Shown here one piece after another: positions 29,776-40,071 of a stretch of DNA of 64,000 nt (within the stretch, counting starts at the first letter, position 1; each line of letters starts with the position of its first letter). Source of the stretch: a virus. The stretch spans positions 1 to 64,000 of the IMG/VR virus record IMGVR_UViG_3300027744_000013. One strand, 5' to 3'. Position numbers and translations under genes: made by a program. A model generated the notes under the pieces. That model had not been told where the DNA came from and made no database searches. It worked only from the letters and a program-made list of their open reading frames with translations.

Positions 29776-31217
29776 GATCCTACCTTATATTCGCCTTCAA
29801 ACGATTTAGCCCATTGTACGCCATTCCATACAAATTGTATTCTAAAGTTTGTTTGGCTCTTGTATATATTAGTTTGCCATAGTAAGGTATCAGTTTCTTG
29901 AGCGGCGCTGAATATAACATGCCACGCGGCACCATCATATTCAATAATATCGTTTCCGTGTGCTACAAAGAGGCCCCATGCCGGTGTGCTTTGTACAATA
30001 TCTTCAACAATGAGGAACCTATCACCTGCCACCGGATTAATCATTCCGTGTCCTGGATAGACTTTTGTAGGATCTATAATAGCATCAAATGTACCCCTTG
30101 CTGTAGATTGATCAAACCCTGCATCTCCAAACATAAAGCCATCAGAGTCAATCAGTGTATCCGACGGATATGTATCATTGTCCCATACAACTGATAATAT
30201 TGTAGGATCTAATGAACTAATTGCCACAGTTCCAACAACATCGGCGCCATTAGGCTGTGTGATGAATAGTGTGCTAGAGCCAGCAATATACTTTCCAGGA
30301 TAGCGATTAAATACTTCTTGCCACTCAATCGGTGTACCTTGGCGTACTGGAATATCTAAACTAGGCTCTCTTGGTAATGAGCTCTCAGCATGATGCAATA
30401 GTATTGCTTGATTATTGTAAACTTGGATATTGTAGTCAGTAATTGTCACAACTTCTCTAGCTAGTAATGTTGACAAGCTAGTCTCAGGCCCAACTAGTGG
30501 TTGTCCAAGTCCTTCGATATATTCATTGCTGTCAGTTTGTGAGCCACTATAGATGCTAGTGATAATTTTTGTAATAACACCAAGGTGTTTGACCTTAACT
30601 GGAGGGCTGATCCATATAGGAGTTTCTAAAGTTAGAGTAGCAATATCAATGGGGGTGTCTGTACCAACTGGGACTGCTCTGCTGGACCATGATACCTGTG
30701 TTAGGTTTAAAATAGTTAAACTAGTCCAGTCAATATAGTTGTCACTAGTTTGCAATTCTAAACTAGGATTAAACAGCACCAACATCTGTTCAAGTAATTG
30801 TAACTTTTGATCAGTGTTTGCAGTCCAAATATCGCACTTCATTGTCAGCTTAAATGGAGTTGGCATTAATCGTTCAACTGTATAGTTACGTCCTTGGCCG
30901 GTAGTGTATACTGGATTTGCAGGATCTGCATTATTGATTTCTCGTTCACGAACGTGAACTTTGCCAACAAAGCTACTATCACCTAATCGGTTAGCATCGA
31001 TATCAAGTCCACTAATATAAATGCTCATACGGGGTACTGAATTAACTTTATTTTCACTATTTTGTCTAATTATGCTTGCCACTTGTCGATCTGCATCACC
31101 GTACATAACCGGCACTTGGTGTAGAGTTCCGTCACCGTATTTTACTACAAAGTTACTTAACACACGAATTGTCTGCGTTAAGTAACGTCTTATCTGACCG
31201 TCATAAAAGTGTTGCAT
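29757..31217 (-). CDS. gp15: Tail sheath stabiliser / tail terminator (T4 gp15-like) with C-terminal extension
   Basis: FYD.QIRRY, VPVMYG, PRMS, P.PF, Q..EQ.L..FNP; adjacent to gp14 and gp13. Confidence 0.8.
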   Translation of the reverse strand: MQHFYDGQIRRYLTQTIRVLSNFVVKYGDGTLHQVPVMYGDADRQVASIIRQNSENKVNSVPRMSIYISGLDIDANRLGDSSFVGKVHVREREINNADPANPVYTTGQGRNYTVERLMPTPFKLTMKCDIWTANTDQKLQLLEQMLVLFNPSLELQTSDNYIDWTSLTILNLTQVSWSSRAVPVGTDTPIDIATLTLETPIWISPPVKVKHLGVITKIITSIYSGSQTDSNEYIEGLGQPLVGPETSLSTLLAREVVTITDYNIQVYNNQAILLHHAESSLPREPSLDIPVRQGTPIEWQEVFNRYPGKYIAGSSTLFITQPNGADVVGTVAISSLDPTILSVVWDNDTYPSDTLIDSDGFMFGDAGFDQSTARGTFDAIIDPTKVYPGHGMINPVAGDRFLIVEDIVQSTPAWGLFVAHGNDIIEYDGAAWHVIFSAAQETDTLLWQTNIYKSQTNFRIQFVWNGVQWAKSFEGEYKVGSWRLEL

Positions 31218-32629
31218 TATAGATCCGCCTTTGGTCTAAGAGCTGTTGTCAAGCTCTGTCTCTGAGCTTCTCTGTTGTTACATAAACTTACCTTCCAAGT
31301 TCCAGTGTATGGAATTATTTGTTGTTCGGTATTGATCACAGGCATTGTTATGTAGGCTTTACTGCTGACATTGGTCAGCATGCCTGGATAGTCTGCGATT
31401 GTAAACGCAATCTCAGTAGTTTCTAATTTTATCACCAGGTACTTGGCAGTTGCAAAGGTAAAGTCAATATTAGTATTAAAGAGGTGTACACCTTCAACAA
31501 GTTTAACCCAATCAATTGCAACAGCTTCGTTGTAAATGTGTGACTCATTATTAATGAAACTAGTTTTAAGAGTCTGTCTAGAATTATTGTTAGTCATGTT
31601 CATGCGTACTGCATCTTCAATCTTAACCCAACGTGTTCCATCAAATCGGAACAATCTATTGGGTAAAAAGTCTGTACGCAAGAAGAAATCGTCTGGACCT
31701 GCGGTATCGGGGAATTGTATCCCGTGACCAAAATCGTATCCGTTGCTTGGAAATCCGTCACCAACAAGGTAGCCAGTATAACCAGTTCTTACTGGACGTT
31801 TGTTATTTTCAAGAGCAGTGTATGAAGTTATACTAGCATCTAGTTCTGTGGTTGTGTCAGCAGTATTTAAGACTGTTTTTCCGTCTAGGCCTACACCTAA
31901 TGTATAAAATTGTCTTGTCTCGTAACCACTCTTTGGTGCATCAACTTCTGCTTGGTTAATGACTGCTAAATTAATTTCAAGCTCTTTAGATTTTGTACTT
32001 AATAAATCTGCAAGCGTTTGTCCCGTAGGATCACCATTAGAATCCAGCGCAGGTTTACTGAAAATATCAGCAAACTGTTGGCTATCTGTGACCTTCTTAA
32101 GTTTCAATCTATACAAGTGTGGAAACCATGTAGAACTAAATCCTTCACTAGCACGGCCAACATCTTCGATAACATAGTACCTTGGAAGTGCTACATCAAA
32201 GTCATTGAGGGCAAACTGGTCTCTTAAATGTGGTAATTCTATAACATCGCCACTCAACGGTTTTCTACCTATATACTTGATAAAATCGTTAATATGTACG
32301 GTCATGTACAAGGTGTCATTGTCAATAAACAAACCAAACTGGCTTAAATTAAAGTCAATATTTTGTACATTATACAGGCCGCGAATTCGATAAATTTCTT
32401 CACTGTATTTTCGATCTCTGTTTTCTAAGAATAACAAATCTTGGATATTTGTTTCCTTTACAGCATCGTAAATTGGCTGATCAGCAGTACCTGTGGTAGG
32501 ATTTTTAGGGCCTAGGTACTTGTGTAAGTATACATCTGTTCCACCAACCTGAAACATCTCAGAAATCTGACGGTCGATAAATTTATAATCTTGCCCTCTT
32601 TCGGGCTTATACAGTGATAGTCTTGGCAT
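31217..32629 (-). CDS. gp14: Neck / head-closure protein (T4 gp14-like)
   Basis: E.FQVGG.DVY, D.LF.E...RKY, LSQFGL....D, P..GD.I..P; structural gene context. Confidence 0.75.
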   Translation of the reverse strand: MPRLSLYKPERGQDYKFIDRQISEMFQVGGTDVYLHKYLGPKNPTTGTADQPIYDAVKETNIQDLLFLENRDRKYSEEIYRIRGLYNVQNIDFNLSQFGLFIDNDTLYMTVHINDFIKYIGRKPLSGDVIELPHLRDQFALNDFDVALPRYYVIEDVGRASEGFSSTWFPHLYRLKLKKVTDSQQFADIFSKPALDSNGDPTGQTLADLLSTKSKELEINLAVINQAEVDAPKSGYETRQFYTLGVGLDGKTVLNTADTTTELDASITSYTALENNKRPVRTGYTGYLVGDGFPSNGYDFGHGIQFPDTAGPDDFFLRTDFLPNRLFRFDGTRWVKIEDAVRMNMTNNNSRQTLKTSFINNESHIYNEAVAIDWVKLVEGVHLFNTNIDFTFATAKYLVIKLETTEIAFTIADYPGMLTNVSSKAYITMPVINTEQQIIPYTGTWKVSLCNNREAQRQSLTTALRPKADL

Positions 32630-32633
32630 ATGA

Positions 32634-32664
32634 TATTTATCGTAAATAATATTAACGATAAATA
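32634..32664. promoter_or_regulatory. Divergent late promoters between gp14 and gp13
   Basis: GATAAATA on the minus strand at 32634-32641; CGTAAATA at 32641 and GATAAATA at 32657 on the plus strand. Confidence 0.6.
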
Positions 32665-32681
32665 TGTATGGAGAACTTAAT

Positions 32682-33473
32682 ATGGCAGATAATTACCCAT
32701 CAGATCCTAGTGAATCAGACAGTACAATAGAACGTAACAAGGTATTTGATTACGTGCGTACTATGCTGGGCGACGGCATGGTTGAAGTAGAGCTTGATCC
32801 TAAACATTACGAAACTGCACTAGATCGTGCAATTACAAAGTTTAGACAGCGTTCTAGCAATTCTGTAGAAGAAAGCTATATGTTCTTAGAATTAATACAA
32901 GATCAAAACGAATATAAACTGCCAAATGAAGTTGTAGAAGTGCAGAGCATATTCCGCAGAGCAATTGGTTCACGTAGCGGGTTAGGTTCCGGCGGAACAT
33001 TATTTGAACCATTTAATTTGGCCTATACCAACAGCTACTTGTTAACCGGTAGCATGATGGGCGGTCTTGCAACATACGAAATGTTTGCAGGATATCAAAA
33101 ATTAGTGGGACGTATGTTTGGTAGTTACATTGAATTCAAATGGCGACAAAGCAATCATACCCTTACTATTTTACAACGTCCGTTTGCCGCAGGCGAACAA
33201 ATCTTAATTCGCTGCCATAACTATCGTCCAGATTTTGTATTGCTACAAGACATTTACGCAAAACAATGGTTGTACGATTATACCCTTGCAGTATGTAAAT
33301 TAATGCTAGGTGAAGCACGTAGCAAGTTTGGAAGCATTGCCGGCCCTGGATCTCCAATCACATTAAACGGTGCCGCTTTACAAGGGCAAGGCAAAGAAGA
33401 AGTCGAAAAGCTAGAAAAAGAAATTGGCGAACTTGTTTCTGGCGGAACTCCAATGACATTCGTGATTGGCTAA
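32682..33473 (+). CDS. gp13: Neck / head-tail adaptor protein (T4 gp13-like)
   Basis: Y....LG...VEVEL, W..DY.LA..K..LG..R.KF, G..TLNG..L...G..E.E.LE; GGAG RBS before MADNYP. Confidence 0.85.
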   Translation: MADNYPSDPSESDSTIERNKVFDYVRTMLGDGMVEVELDPKHYETALDRAITKFRQRSSNSVEESYMFLELIQDQNEYKLPNEVVEVQSIFRRAIGSRSGLGSGGTLFEPFNLAYTNSYLLTGSMMGGLATYEMFAGYQKLVGRMFGSYIEFKWRQSNHTLTILQRPFAAGEQILIRCHNYRPDFVLLQDIYAKQWLYDYTLAVCKLMLGEARSKFGSIAGPGSPITLNGAALQGQGKEEVEKLEKEIGELVSGGTPMTFVIG

Positions 33474-33481
33474 CAAATAAT

Positions 33482-33510
33482 TTGACCTTGTAATAAAACT
33501 GTTATATACT
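33482..33510 (+). promoter_or_regulatory. Sigma70-like promoter
   Basis: TTGACC-N17-TATACT. Confidence 0.7.
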
Positions 33511-33532
33511 AGTAGTTCATTAGGAGACTACT

Positions 33533-34231
33533 ATGATTATTGGTGTATGCGGGTTTATTGGTTCTGGCAAAGATACCATTGCAGATTATCTAACTAACTT
33601 CCACGGTTTCCGACGAGAAAGCTTCGCTAACACCCTTAAAGATGCAGTAAGCTATGTCTTTGGCTGGGACCGCACTATGCTAGAAGGCCGCACAAAACAA
33701 GCACGTGAGTGGCGAGAACAAGTAGATCCATGGTGGTCACAGCGTTTGAACATGCCCGACCTTACTCCCAGATTAATGCTTCAACTATGGGGCACTGAAG
33801 TATGTCGCAGAGGATTCCATGATGATATTTGGATTGCCAGCCTAGAAAACAAACTCCGTACTAGCACTGATAACGTAGTCATCTCTGACTGTCGTTTCCC
33901 CAATGAAATCAAATCAATTCGTGAAGCAGGCGGCATTATTGTCTGGGTCAAACGAGGCGAATTGCCGGAATGGTACGAAGATGCTGTTAATTCAAATCGT
34001 GGAGAGACAGGAAATTTTGCCTGGGCCACAAGTCGTAGTAGGTTAGAAAAAATAGGGATTCATGCTAGCGAAACTGCTTGGGTTGGCACCAAGTTTGATG
34101 CTGTGTTAGACAATAACGGAAGCATTGATGACTTGTTTGAACAAGTTAAAGATCTGGTACTAAGTCACCTTGACGCCAACGAATCCCCTCTTTATGTAGG
34201 ACACGCTGACAGTTTGAGCATACCGTCTTAA
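33533..34231 (+). CDS. gp1: Deoxynucleoside monophosphate kinase (T4 gp1-like)
   Basis: IIG.CG..GSGKDT.A, SFA..LKD, TPR..LQ.WGTE..R, V.SDCRFPNE, H.SE. Confidence 0.92.
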   Translation: MIIGVCGFIGSGKDTIADYLTNFHGFRRESFANTLKDAVSYVFGWDRTMLEGRTKQAREWREQVDPWWSQRLNMPDLTPRLMLQLWGTEVCRRGFHDDIWIASLENKLRTSTDNVVISDCRFPNEIKSIREAGGIIVWVKRGELPEWYEDAVNSNRGETGNFAWATSRSRLEKIGIHASETAWVGTKFDAVLDNNGSIDDLFEQVKDLVLSHLDANESPLYVGHADSLSIPS

Positions 34232-34481
34232 GGTTGATAGGGCGACAGTTGTTTAGGTCGCCGTCAACATGAAATACAGCAAACACTTCCGTGTGCTGTG
34301 ATTTAAAGCCGCATTTGTCACAAGTATTTTTTATCTTATAGCCAGCTCGATGCCATCTGGCAATACCAGCATACTTGCCACCCTTAAGGCAAGCCTCACA
34401 TAATTTTCTATAATAAGTCCTGCCGTTTTTAACATAGTTAACGGCAGCTGGCCTATAGCCGCACGAACATAATGGTCTCAT
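34146..34481 (-). CDS. Small Zn-finger/HNH-like protein
   Basis: CxC, CxxC, CxxC, H.DG...N....NL...C.NC; CTTAAATA lies 4 nt before the ATG. Confidence 0.75.
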   Translation of the reverse strand: MRPLCSCGYRPAAVNYVKNGRTYYRKLCEACLKGGKYAGIARWHRAGYKIKNTCDKCGFKSQHTEVFAVFHVDGDLNNCRPINLKTVCSNCQRVLHKEGIRWRQGDLVPDL

Positions 34482-34545
34482 ATTTTATTTAAGCCTTTTC
34501 CGTCCCTTTTTTAGAGTGTATTACAAGTATAAAAAGCCAAAAAGC

Positions 34546-34553
34546 ACTAAATA
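34546..34553 (+). promoter_or_regulatory. Late promoter-like element (ACTAAATA)
   Basis: Lies upstream of the tail sheath gene. Confidence 0.55.
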
Positions 34554-34590
34554 CAATTAGAATGAACACGTATTCACGGAGATTACAAAT

Positions 34591-37500
34591 ATGGCTCAAT
34601 TAAGTTCACCAGGTGTAGCAGTTACGGTTGTAGACGAAAGTTTTTATACACCAGCGGCTCCCGGGACAACCCCTTTAATAGTAGTAACTAGTGCTGAGAA
34701 TAAAGCAAATGGTTCTGCAACTGGTACAGCACCTGCTACACTAAAAGCTAATGCAGGTAAAGTTTACCTACTAACAAGTCAGAAAGATTTAGCGGATAGC
34801 TTTGGTACTCCAATCTTTAAGACTGATAGTAATAATAACCCAATCCATGCAGGCGAACAAAACGAATATGGCCTACAAGCGGCTTACAGTTATTTAGGTG
34901 TAAGTAACCGTGCATTTGTTGTTCGTGCAGACATTGATCTATCACAATTAGATGCTAAGGCAATAGCACCTGCTGGTGAGCCAGCCGACGGCCAGTACTG
35001 GTTTGATACAGCAAATACTAAGTTTGGTATCTTCCAATGGAATGGCGCAGAGGCAACAACTGCAACAGGCCAAACATTTAGCAATTCAATTCCGCTAGTT
35101 ATTACTGACAGCACAAAAATTGCCGTTAATGATGCTCCAAAAGACAGCGTTGGTGCAGTAGGTGATTATGCAATTGTAGCAATTGCAGGCACTTATTCAT
35201 TATATTTTAAGAAAGCAAAGACCTTTACAGCCGCTGGTACTTGGGTAGCTGTTGGTTCTAACGCATGGGCCGCAAGCTGGCCAACTGTACAGGGTACAGT
35301 TGCAAGCCCAGTACTACTTGCAGGTGATGCACTAACAATGACAATTAGTGGAGCTCCGTATAGTTTTACTGGCCATACAAGTTTAACAACTCTAGTAGCA
35401 GACATTAATACAGCAATGGATGACAGCGACGGCGTAGGCACCGGCGACTTAGATAATCCAGTTGTACCTCCTGGTGTTTCTGCGGCAGTTATTAATAACC
35501 GTTTAGAAATTTATTCAACTGGAACTGCAATTGCTATTAGTGGAACATCTGCTAGTAAGATTGGTATTACTGTAGGCACTTACTATGCACCAGCATTAGA
35601 AATTAAACCTCATACACAGTTACCAACATACAAGCGCACAGATAATGCATCAGCGGTACAAGGTTACCCAACTGGCTCTTTATGGGTTAAAACAACTGAA
35701 CCTAACTTAGGTTCACGTTGGAGAATTAAAGTTTACAACGAAGCAACAGGTAGTTGGATTGAAAAATTTGCTCCATTGTATGCAAACAGCGCAGCCGCAT
35801 TAAAAGGACTTGATCCTACAGGTGGCGGCTTAAACTTAGTACAAGGCGCACTGTTTGTTAAAACTAATATTGCAGAAACACTTAATGCAGCCAATCGTCC
35901 AACAGATGCAAATTACAAAATTTATGCTCGTAAAACTTCCGGAGCAACAGAAATTGTTTCCGGTACTGCTGTAACATTTACTGCACAAGGCAGTAACTCG
36001 TTTACAATTAAAGAATCAGTTAAAGGTCAAACTGCTACTACCGACGCACTTACAGTAACATTTACTGGAAGTGAAGGAGTTGATGGCTTTTTAACACAGT
36101 TAACACAAAAATTAGCTGATGCAACATTTAACTCTTCACCATACACTTCTAAAATTACAGCTAGTAAAGCTGTTGTAACTGGTGAAGTGACTTTACGTCA
36201 CGCAGACGGCGGTGACATTTACTTTACACAAGGAACTGGAACTCCAATTGCAGATTTGTTTACTCCGTTTACTATTGACCCACTAACAATGGCTGGTTTA
36301 GGAACACCTAATTTTTACACAGATGCAGGCCCTGAACAATATGTAGCAACATTATGGAGCCCATACGCTGACATTACTGCCAGTGCAGATGCTCCAACAA
36401 CTGAAGCCGCTGACAATCAACTATGGTATAATTCAATGGTTGACGAAGTTGATATTTTAATTAACAACGGCTATACATGGGTTGGATATCGCTACCAAGC
36501 AGGTGCTGGCCTATCAAACTATAGTTCCCCTTACTACGCGGCATCAGACGATTCTAAAACAGATCCAGCTGGCCCGCTTGTTTCGGCAACTAAACCAAAG
36601 ACACAAAGTGATGGTACAAATTTAGTCACAGGTGACTTATGGGTTGATACTAGTGACTTGGAAAATTATCCTTCACTATACAAGTATAATAGTAATACCG
36701 GTAAATGGGCAATAGTTGATACTGGCGACCAGACTACAGAAGATGGCATTGTATTTTTTGATGCACGTTGGAATACTGACGGTGAAGCGGCAACTCCAAG
36801 TACAATTAAAGAATTATTAACAAGCGATTTCTTAGATTTTGATGCTCCTGATCCTGCATTATACCCAAGAGGTATGTTGCTATGGAACTTACGTAGAAGT
36901 GGATTTAATGTTAAGAAATTTGTACGTGATTATGTTGATACTAACACAGACAACGTTCGCCAAGATGGCGCACAAATGACCGATTACTATCCACATCGTT
37001 GGGTTACTGAATCAGGTAATCAAGAAAACGGCGCTGGCACATTTGGTCGTAAAGCACAACGTAAAGTTATTGTTCAAGCGTTGCAAGCCCTTGTTAACAG
37101 CAATCAATCACTACGTGATGAAGAAAGCAGAATATTTAACTTGTTAGCTTGTCCTGGATATCCAGAGTTAGTTGGCGAACTTGTATCGTTAAATTACGAT
37201 CGCGGTTTAACAGCATTTGTAGTTGGAGATACACCTGCACGTTTAACAGCAGATGCAACTAGTTTAAACAACTGGGGTAAAAACGTATCGGGCGCAGTTG
37301 AAGACAACGATGACGGTTTAGTATCAAGCGATGAATACTTAGGTGTGTTCTATCCATGGGGATTCACAAGTGATAATTTAGGTAACAACATTGTTGTACC
37401 GCCAAGCCACATGATGTTACGTACTATTGCATTAAATGATAATGTTAGCTATCCATGGTTTGCACCAGCAGGCACACGCCGTGGTGGAATTACTAACGCT

Positions 37501-37989
37501 ACCGCAGTTGGCTACGTTACAAGCGAAGGCGAATTCCAATCAGTTGCATTAAATAATGGACAACGTGATACATTAGCTGGTGTTAAAGTTAACCCAATTA
37601 CATTTATTACAGGAACAGGTCTTGTAAACTACGGACAATATACTCGTGCTAGAAGCGCAAGTGCATTAGATCGTATTAACGTAGCACGTTTAGTAATTTA
37701 TTTACGTCGTCAATTTGCACAGTTGGCTAAACCATATGTGTTTGAACCAAACGATAAAATTACTAGAGATGAATTGAAAGGTGCCGCAGAAAGCCTATTG
37801 TTAGAATTAGTAGGTCAACGTGCATTGTATGACTATATCGTAGTTTGCGATACATCAAACAACACACCATCAAGAATTGATCGTAACGAACTATACCTAG
37901 ACGTTGCAATTGAACCAGTGAAAGCAGTGGAATTTATTTACATTCCACTACGCTTGAAAAACACCGGCGAGATCAAAGGCCTAGCATAA
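34591..37989 (+). CDS. gp18: Contractile tail sheath protein (1132 aa)
   Basis: Starts L.SPGV.V...DES; C-terminal PWFAPAG..RG, NPI, SA.DRINV.RL, FEPND..TR, CD..NNTP..IDRNE...D.AI.P.K..EFI. Confidence 0.95.
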   Translation: MAQLSSPGVAVTVVDESFYTPAAPGTTPLIVVTSAENKANGSATGTAPATLKANAGKVYLLTSQKDLADSFGTPIFKTDSNNNPIHAGEQNEYGLQAAYSYLGVSNRAFVVRADIDLSQLDAKAIAPAGEPADGQYWFDTANTKFGIFQWNGAEATTATGQTFSNSIPLVITDSTKIAVNDAPKDSVGAVGDYAIVAIAGTYSLYFKKAKTFTAAGTWVAVGSNAWAASWPTVQGTVASPVLLAGDALTMTISGAPYSFTGHTSLTTLVADINTAMDDSDGVGTGDLDNPVVPPGVSAAVINNRLEIYSTGTAIAISGTSASKIGITVGTYYAPALEIKPHTQLPTYKRTDNASAVQGYPTGSLWVKTTEPNLGSRWRIKVYNEATGSWIEKFAPLYANSAAALKGLDPTGGGLNLVQGALFVKTNIAETLNAANRPTDANYKIYARKTSGATEIVSGTAVTFTAQGSNSFTIKESVKGQTATTDALTVTFTGSEGVDGFLTQLTQKLADATFNSSPYTSKITASKAVVTGEVTLRHADGGDIYFTQGTGTPIADLFTPFTIDPLTMAGLGTPNFYTDAGPEQYVATLWSPYADITASADAPTTEAADNQLWYNSMVDEVDILINNGYTWVGYRYQAGAGLSNYSSPYYAASDDSKTDPAGPLVSATKPKTQSDGTNLVTGDLWVDTSDLENYPSLYKYNSNTGKWAIVDTGDQTTEDGIVFFDARWNTDGEAATPSTIKELLTSDFLDFDAPDPALYPRGMLLWNLRRSGFNVKKFVRDYVDTNTDNVRQDGAQMTDYYPHRWVTESGNQENGAGTFGRKAQRKVIVQALQALVNSNQSLRDEESRIFNLLACPGYPELVGELVSLNYDRGLTAFVVGDTPARLTADATSLNNWGKNVSGAVEDNDDGLVSSDEYLGVFYPWGFTSDNLGNNIVVPPSHMMLRTIALNDNVSYPWFAPAGTRRGGITNATAVGYVTSEGEFQSVALNNGQRDTLAGVKVNPITFITGTGLVNYGQYTRARSASALDRINVARLVIYLRRQFAQLAKPYVFEPNDKITRDELKGAAESLLLELVGQRALYDYIVVCDTSNNTPSRIDRNELYLDVAIEPVKAVEFIYIPLRLKNTGEIKGLA

Positions 37990-38010
37990 TAATATAACGG
38001 AGCATACAAC

Positions 38011-38634
38011 ATGGCAATCGCAAGTTTATCAAAATTTACCGTACCGCTAGCGTCAGATCAAAGTGCTAGCGCACAAGGTATGTTAATGCCAAAGTTAAAA
38101 TATCGCTTTAGAGTGATGTTTGAAAACTTTGGTACATCAACACCAACAACAGAATTAACCAAGCAAGTTCAAGATGCGGCTAGACCTCAGGTATCTTTTG
38201 AAAATCAAAAGATTATGGTTTATAACTCAACTATTAACTATGCTGGTCGTCCAAGCTGGCAACAAATGTCAATCAAATTACGTGATGACGTAACTGGTGC
38301 AGTATCCAAGCTAGTTGGCGAACAAATGCAGAAACAGTTTGACTTCTTTGAACAAAGTAGTGCGGCCTCAGGCGGCGACTACAAGTTCTTAATGCGTATT
38401 GAAATGCTAGACGGTGGTAACGGCGCACAAACCGCAAACGTTCTTGAAACATGGGAATGTTATGGTTGCTACGTACAAGCCGCTCAGTATAACGCACTAG
38501 GTTATGGCGCACAAGATATGTTAACAATTGACTTGACAATCCAGCCTGATAACTGTATTCAAACTAGTGGTGGCGCGGCAGCTCCAACTTCGAGACGTTT
38601 AGGAACAGCGGCAACTGCATCTGGTTCACGTTGA
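38011..38634 (+). CDS. gp19: Tail tube protein
   Basis: Directly follows the sheath gene; YRFRV.F, Y.GR..W...I..RDD, E.W...GC. Confidence 0.85.
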   Translation: MAIASLSKFTVPLASDQSASAQGMLMPKLKYRFRVMFENFGTSTPTTELTKQVQDAARPQVSFENQKIMVYNSTINYAGRPSWQQMSIKLRDDVTGAVSKLVGEQMQKQFDFFEQSSAASGGDYKFLMRIEMLDGGNGAQTANVLETWECYGCYVQAAQYNALGYGAQDMLTIDLTIQPDNCIQTSGGAAAPTSRRLGTAATASGSR

Positions 38635-38639
38635 TAATT

Positions 38640-38663
38640 AAGCTCACTCAGGTGAGCTTTTTT
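38640..38663 (+). terminator. Intrinsic terminator
   Basis: AAGCTCAC-TCAG-GTGAGCTT followed by a T run. Confidence 0.85.
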
Positions 38664-38697
38664 ATGACTACTCATTAACTACGTAGTTAATTTTATC

Positions 38698-38705
38698 GAT
38701 AAATA
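38698..38705 (+). promoter_or_regulatory. Late promoter-like element (GATAAATA), 5 nt before the ATG
   Basis: GATAAATA-TTGTT-ATG. Confidence 0.6.
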
Positions 38706-38710
38706 TTGTT

Positions 38711-39700
38711 ATGGCCTTTACACCCAACTCATTTTTATATCGTCCTTCTAATATCACGTTGCGTGATCCACAACACGCCGCCCGGGTGTTTACTGACGAT
38801 CAGTTTAGATTAGCACCAAAGCATAAGTTTTTATTCCACGTAGCATTCAGTATAAATTCAGCGGCATTATCAAATGCTAGTTTAATTGATCGATACAGGA
38901 ATGAAATTAATGTACTGGTAAAAAGTGCAGACTTGCCAAACTTTACACTAAATGCAGAAACACTTAACCAGTACAATAGAAAAAAGAACATACAAACAAC
39001 GCACAAATACAATCCTATTAATATCACATTCCATGATGACAATATGGGATTGATTAATCAGTTATGGCAAAACTACTATAGTTATTACTATGCAGACAGC
39101 AGGTCAGCATGGGATCCAGCGGCATACAAAAGAAATGCTACTCGTAATAGTGACTTTATAACTACACCTTATGGTTTTGATAACGGTAGTACATTGCCGT
39201 TTTTTAATTACATTAAAATTTACCAAATGGCCAGACACGAGTATGTGGGATATACTTTATATAATCCTATAATTACTAGTTGGAACCATAACAAAGTGGA
39301 TTACGCAGGTCAAGGTACAATGGAAAATACAATGGGTATCCAGTTTGAAGCAGTTACTTACGAAAACGGTGACGTATCAACCGGGGATCCAGAAGGCTTT
39401 GGACTTGAGCATTATGATGTAGAAAAAAGTTCTTTACAAGGTAATGTTGATTCTACATCTAGTAGTCCGTCATTTACTGGCAGCGACACAGAAACACTAG
39501 ATTTATCAATAGTTGACACTGTAACACAACAACTTAACTCGTATCAGAATACTGTAGAAAAAACAAATACTAATACAACAACTATTTTAAAAACGTCTAC
39601 AACACCAGCACAGTCTAGCGCACTTAGTGGAATAGCATTTCCAACGGCCCCAACTAACACTAATAGCACAGTTGCATCATTAATTAAGTTAGGAAAATAA
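38711..39700 (+). CDS. Tail-tube-fold baseplate protein (gp54/gp48-like)
   Basis: KSADLP.F......NQYN.K......Y.PI.ITFHDD tube-like motif; S/T-rich tail. Confidence 0.6.
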   Translation: MAFTPNSFLYRPSNITLRDPQHAARVFTDDQFRLAPKHKFLFHVAFSINSAALSNASLIDRYRNEINVLVKSADLPNFTLNAETLNQYNRKKNIQTTHKYNPINITFHDDNMGLINQLWQNYYSYYYADSRSAWDPAAYKRNATRNSDFITTPYGFDNGSTLPFFNYIKIYQMARHEYVGYTLYNPIITSWNHNKVDYAGQGTMENTMGIQFEAVTYENGDVSTGDPEGFGLEHYDVEKSSLQGNVDSTSSSPSFTGSDTETLDLSIVDTVTQQLNSYQNTVEKTNTNTTTILKTSTTPAQSSALSGIAFPTAPTNTNSTVASLIKLGK

Positions 39701-39701
39701 T

Positions 39702-40070
39702 ATGGCATCTAATCTACCTATTGAAGTATCAGTTGATTCAAGCGTTGAAGTAAAAAGTTTTTTTGACAAGTACTATTCAACGTCTGTTAGTTTTCCTAGC
39801 AATCAAATTGATGCAGTTGTTGGGTTTTTTACAAATAACGGATTTGGCACTGAAAGCGCCAACAGTATTAGTATTGTATTGTTAAATCAAGCTCGTGCTG
39901 ATAATGTTAATGTCTTTGAATTAGTAGACAGTTTAAGATCGTTATCAAATGTACAATTAAGCCAGGTTGTTGCACAAGTATTAAATTCATACAGAGAAAA
40001 GACTAGTTTGCTAGGATATCGTGTAGCTCAGATTGTTGACAAATACGAAGATAGAAACATTCTAGTATAA
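39702..40070 (+). CDS. Hypothetical protein
   Basis: 122-aa ORF tightly packed in the structural operon. Confidence 0.6.
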   Translation: MASNLPIEVSVDSSVEVKSFFDKYYSTSVSFPSNQIDAVVGFFTNNGFGTESANSISIVLLNQARADNVNVFELVDSLRSLSNVQLSQVVAQVLNSYREKTSLLGYRVAQIVDKYEDRNILV

Positions 40071-40071
40071 C

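Noticed and set aside
34146-34481. HNH protein as a mobile homing endonuclease or intron marker
   Set aside because: Neighbouring genes are uninterrupted, and the ORF is small with its own late promoter element. There is no evidence of mobility.
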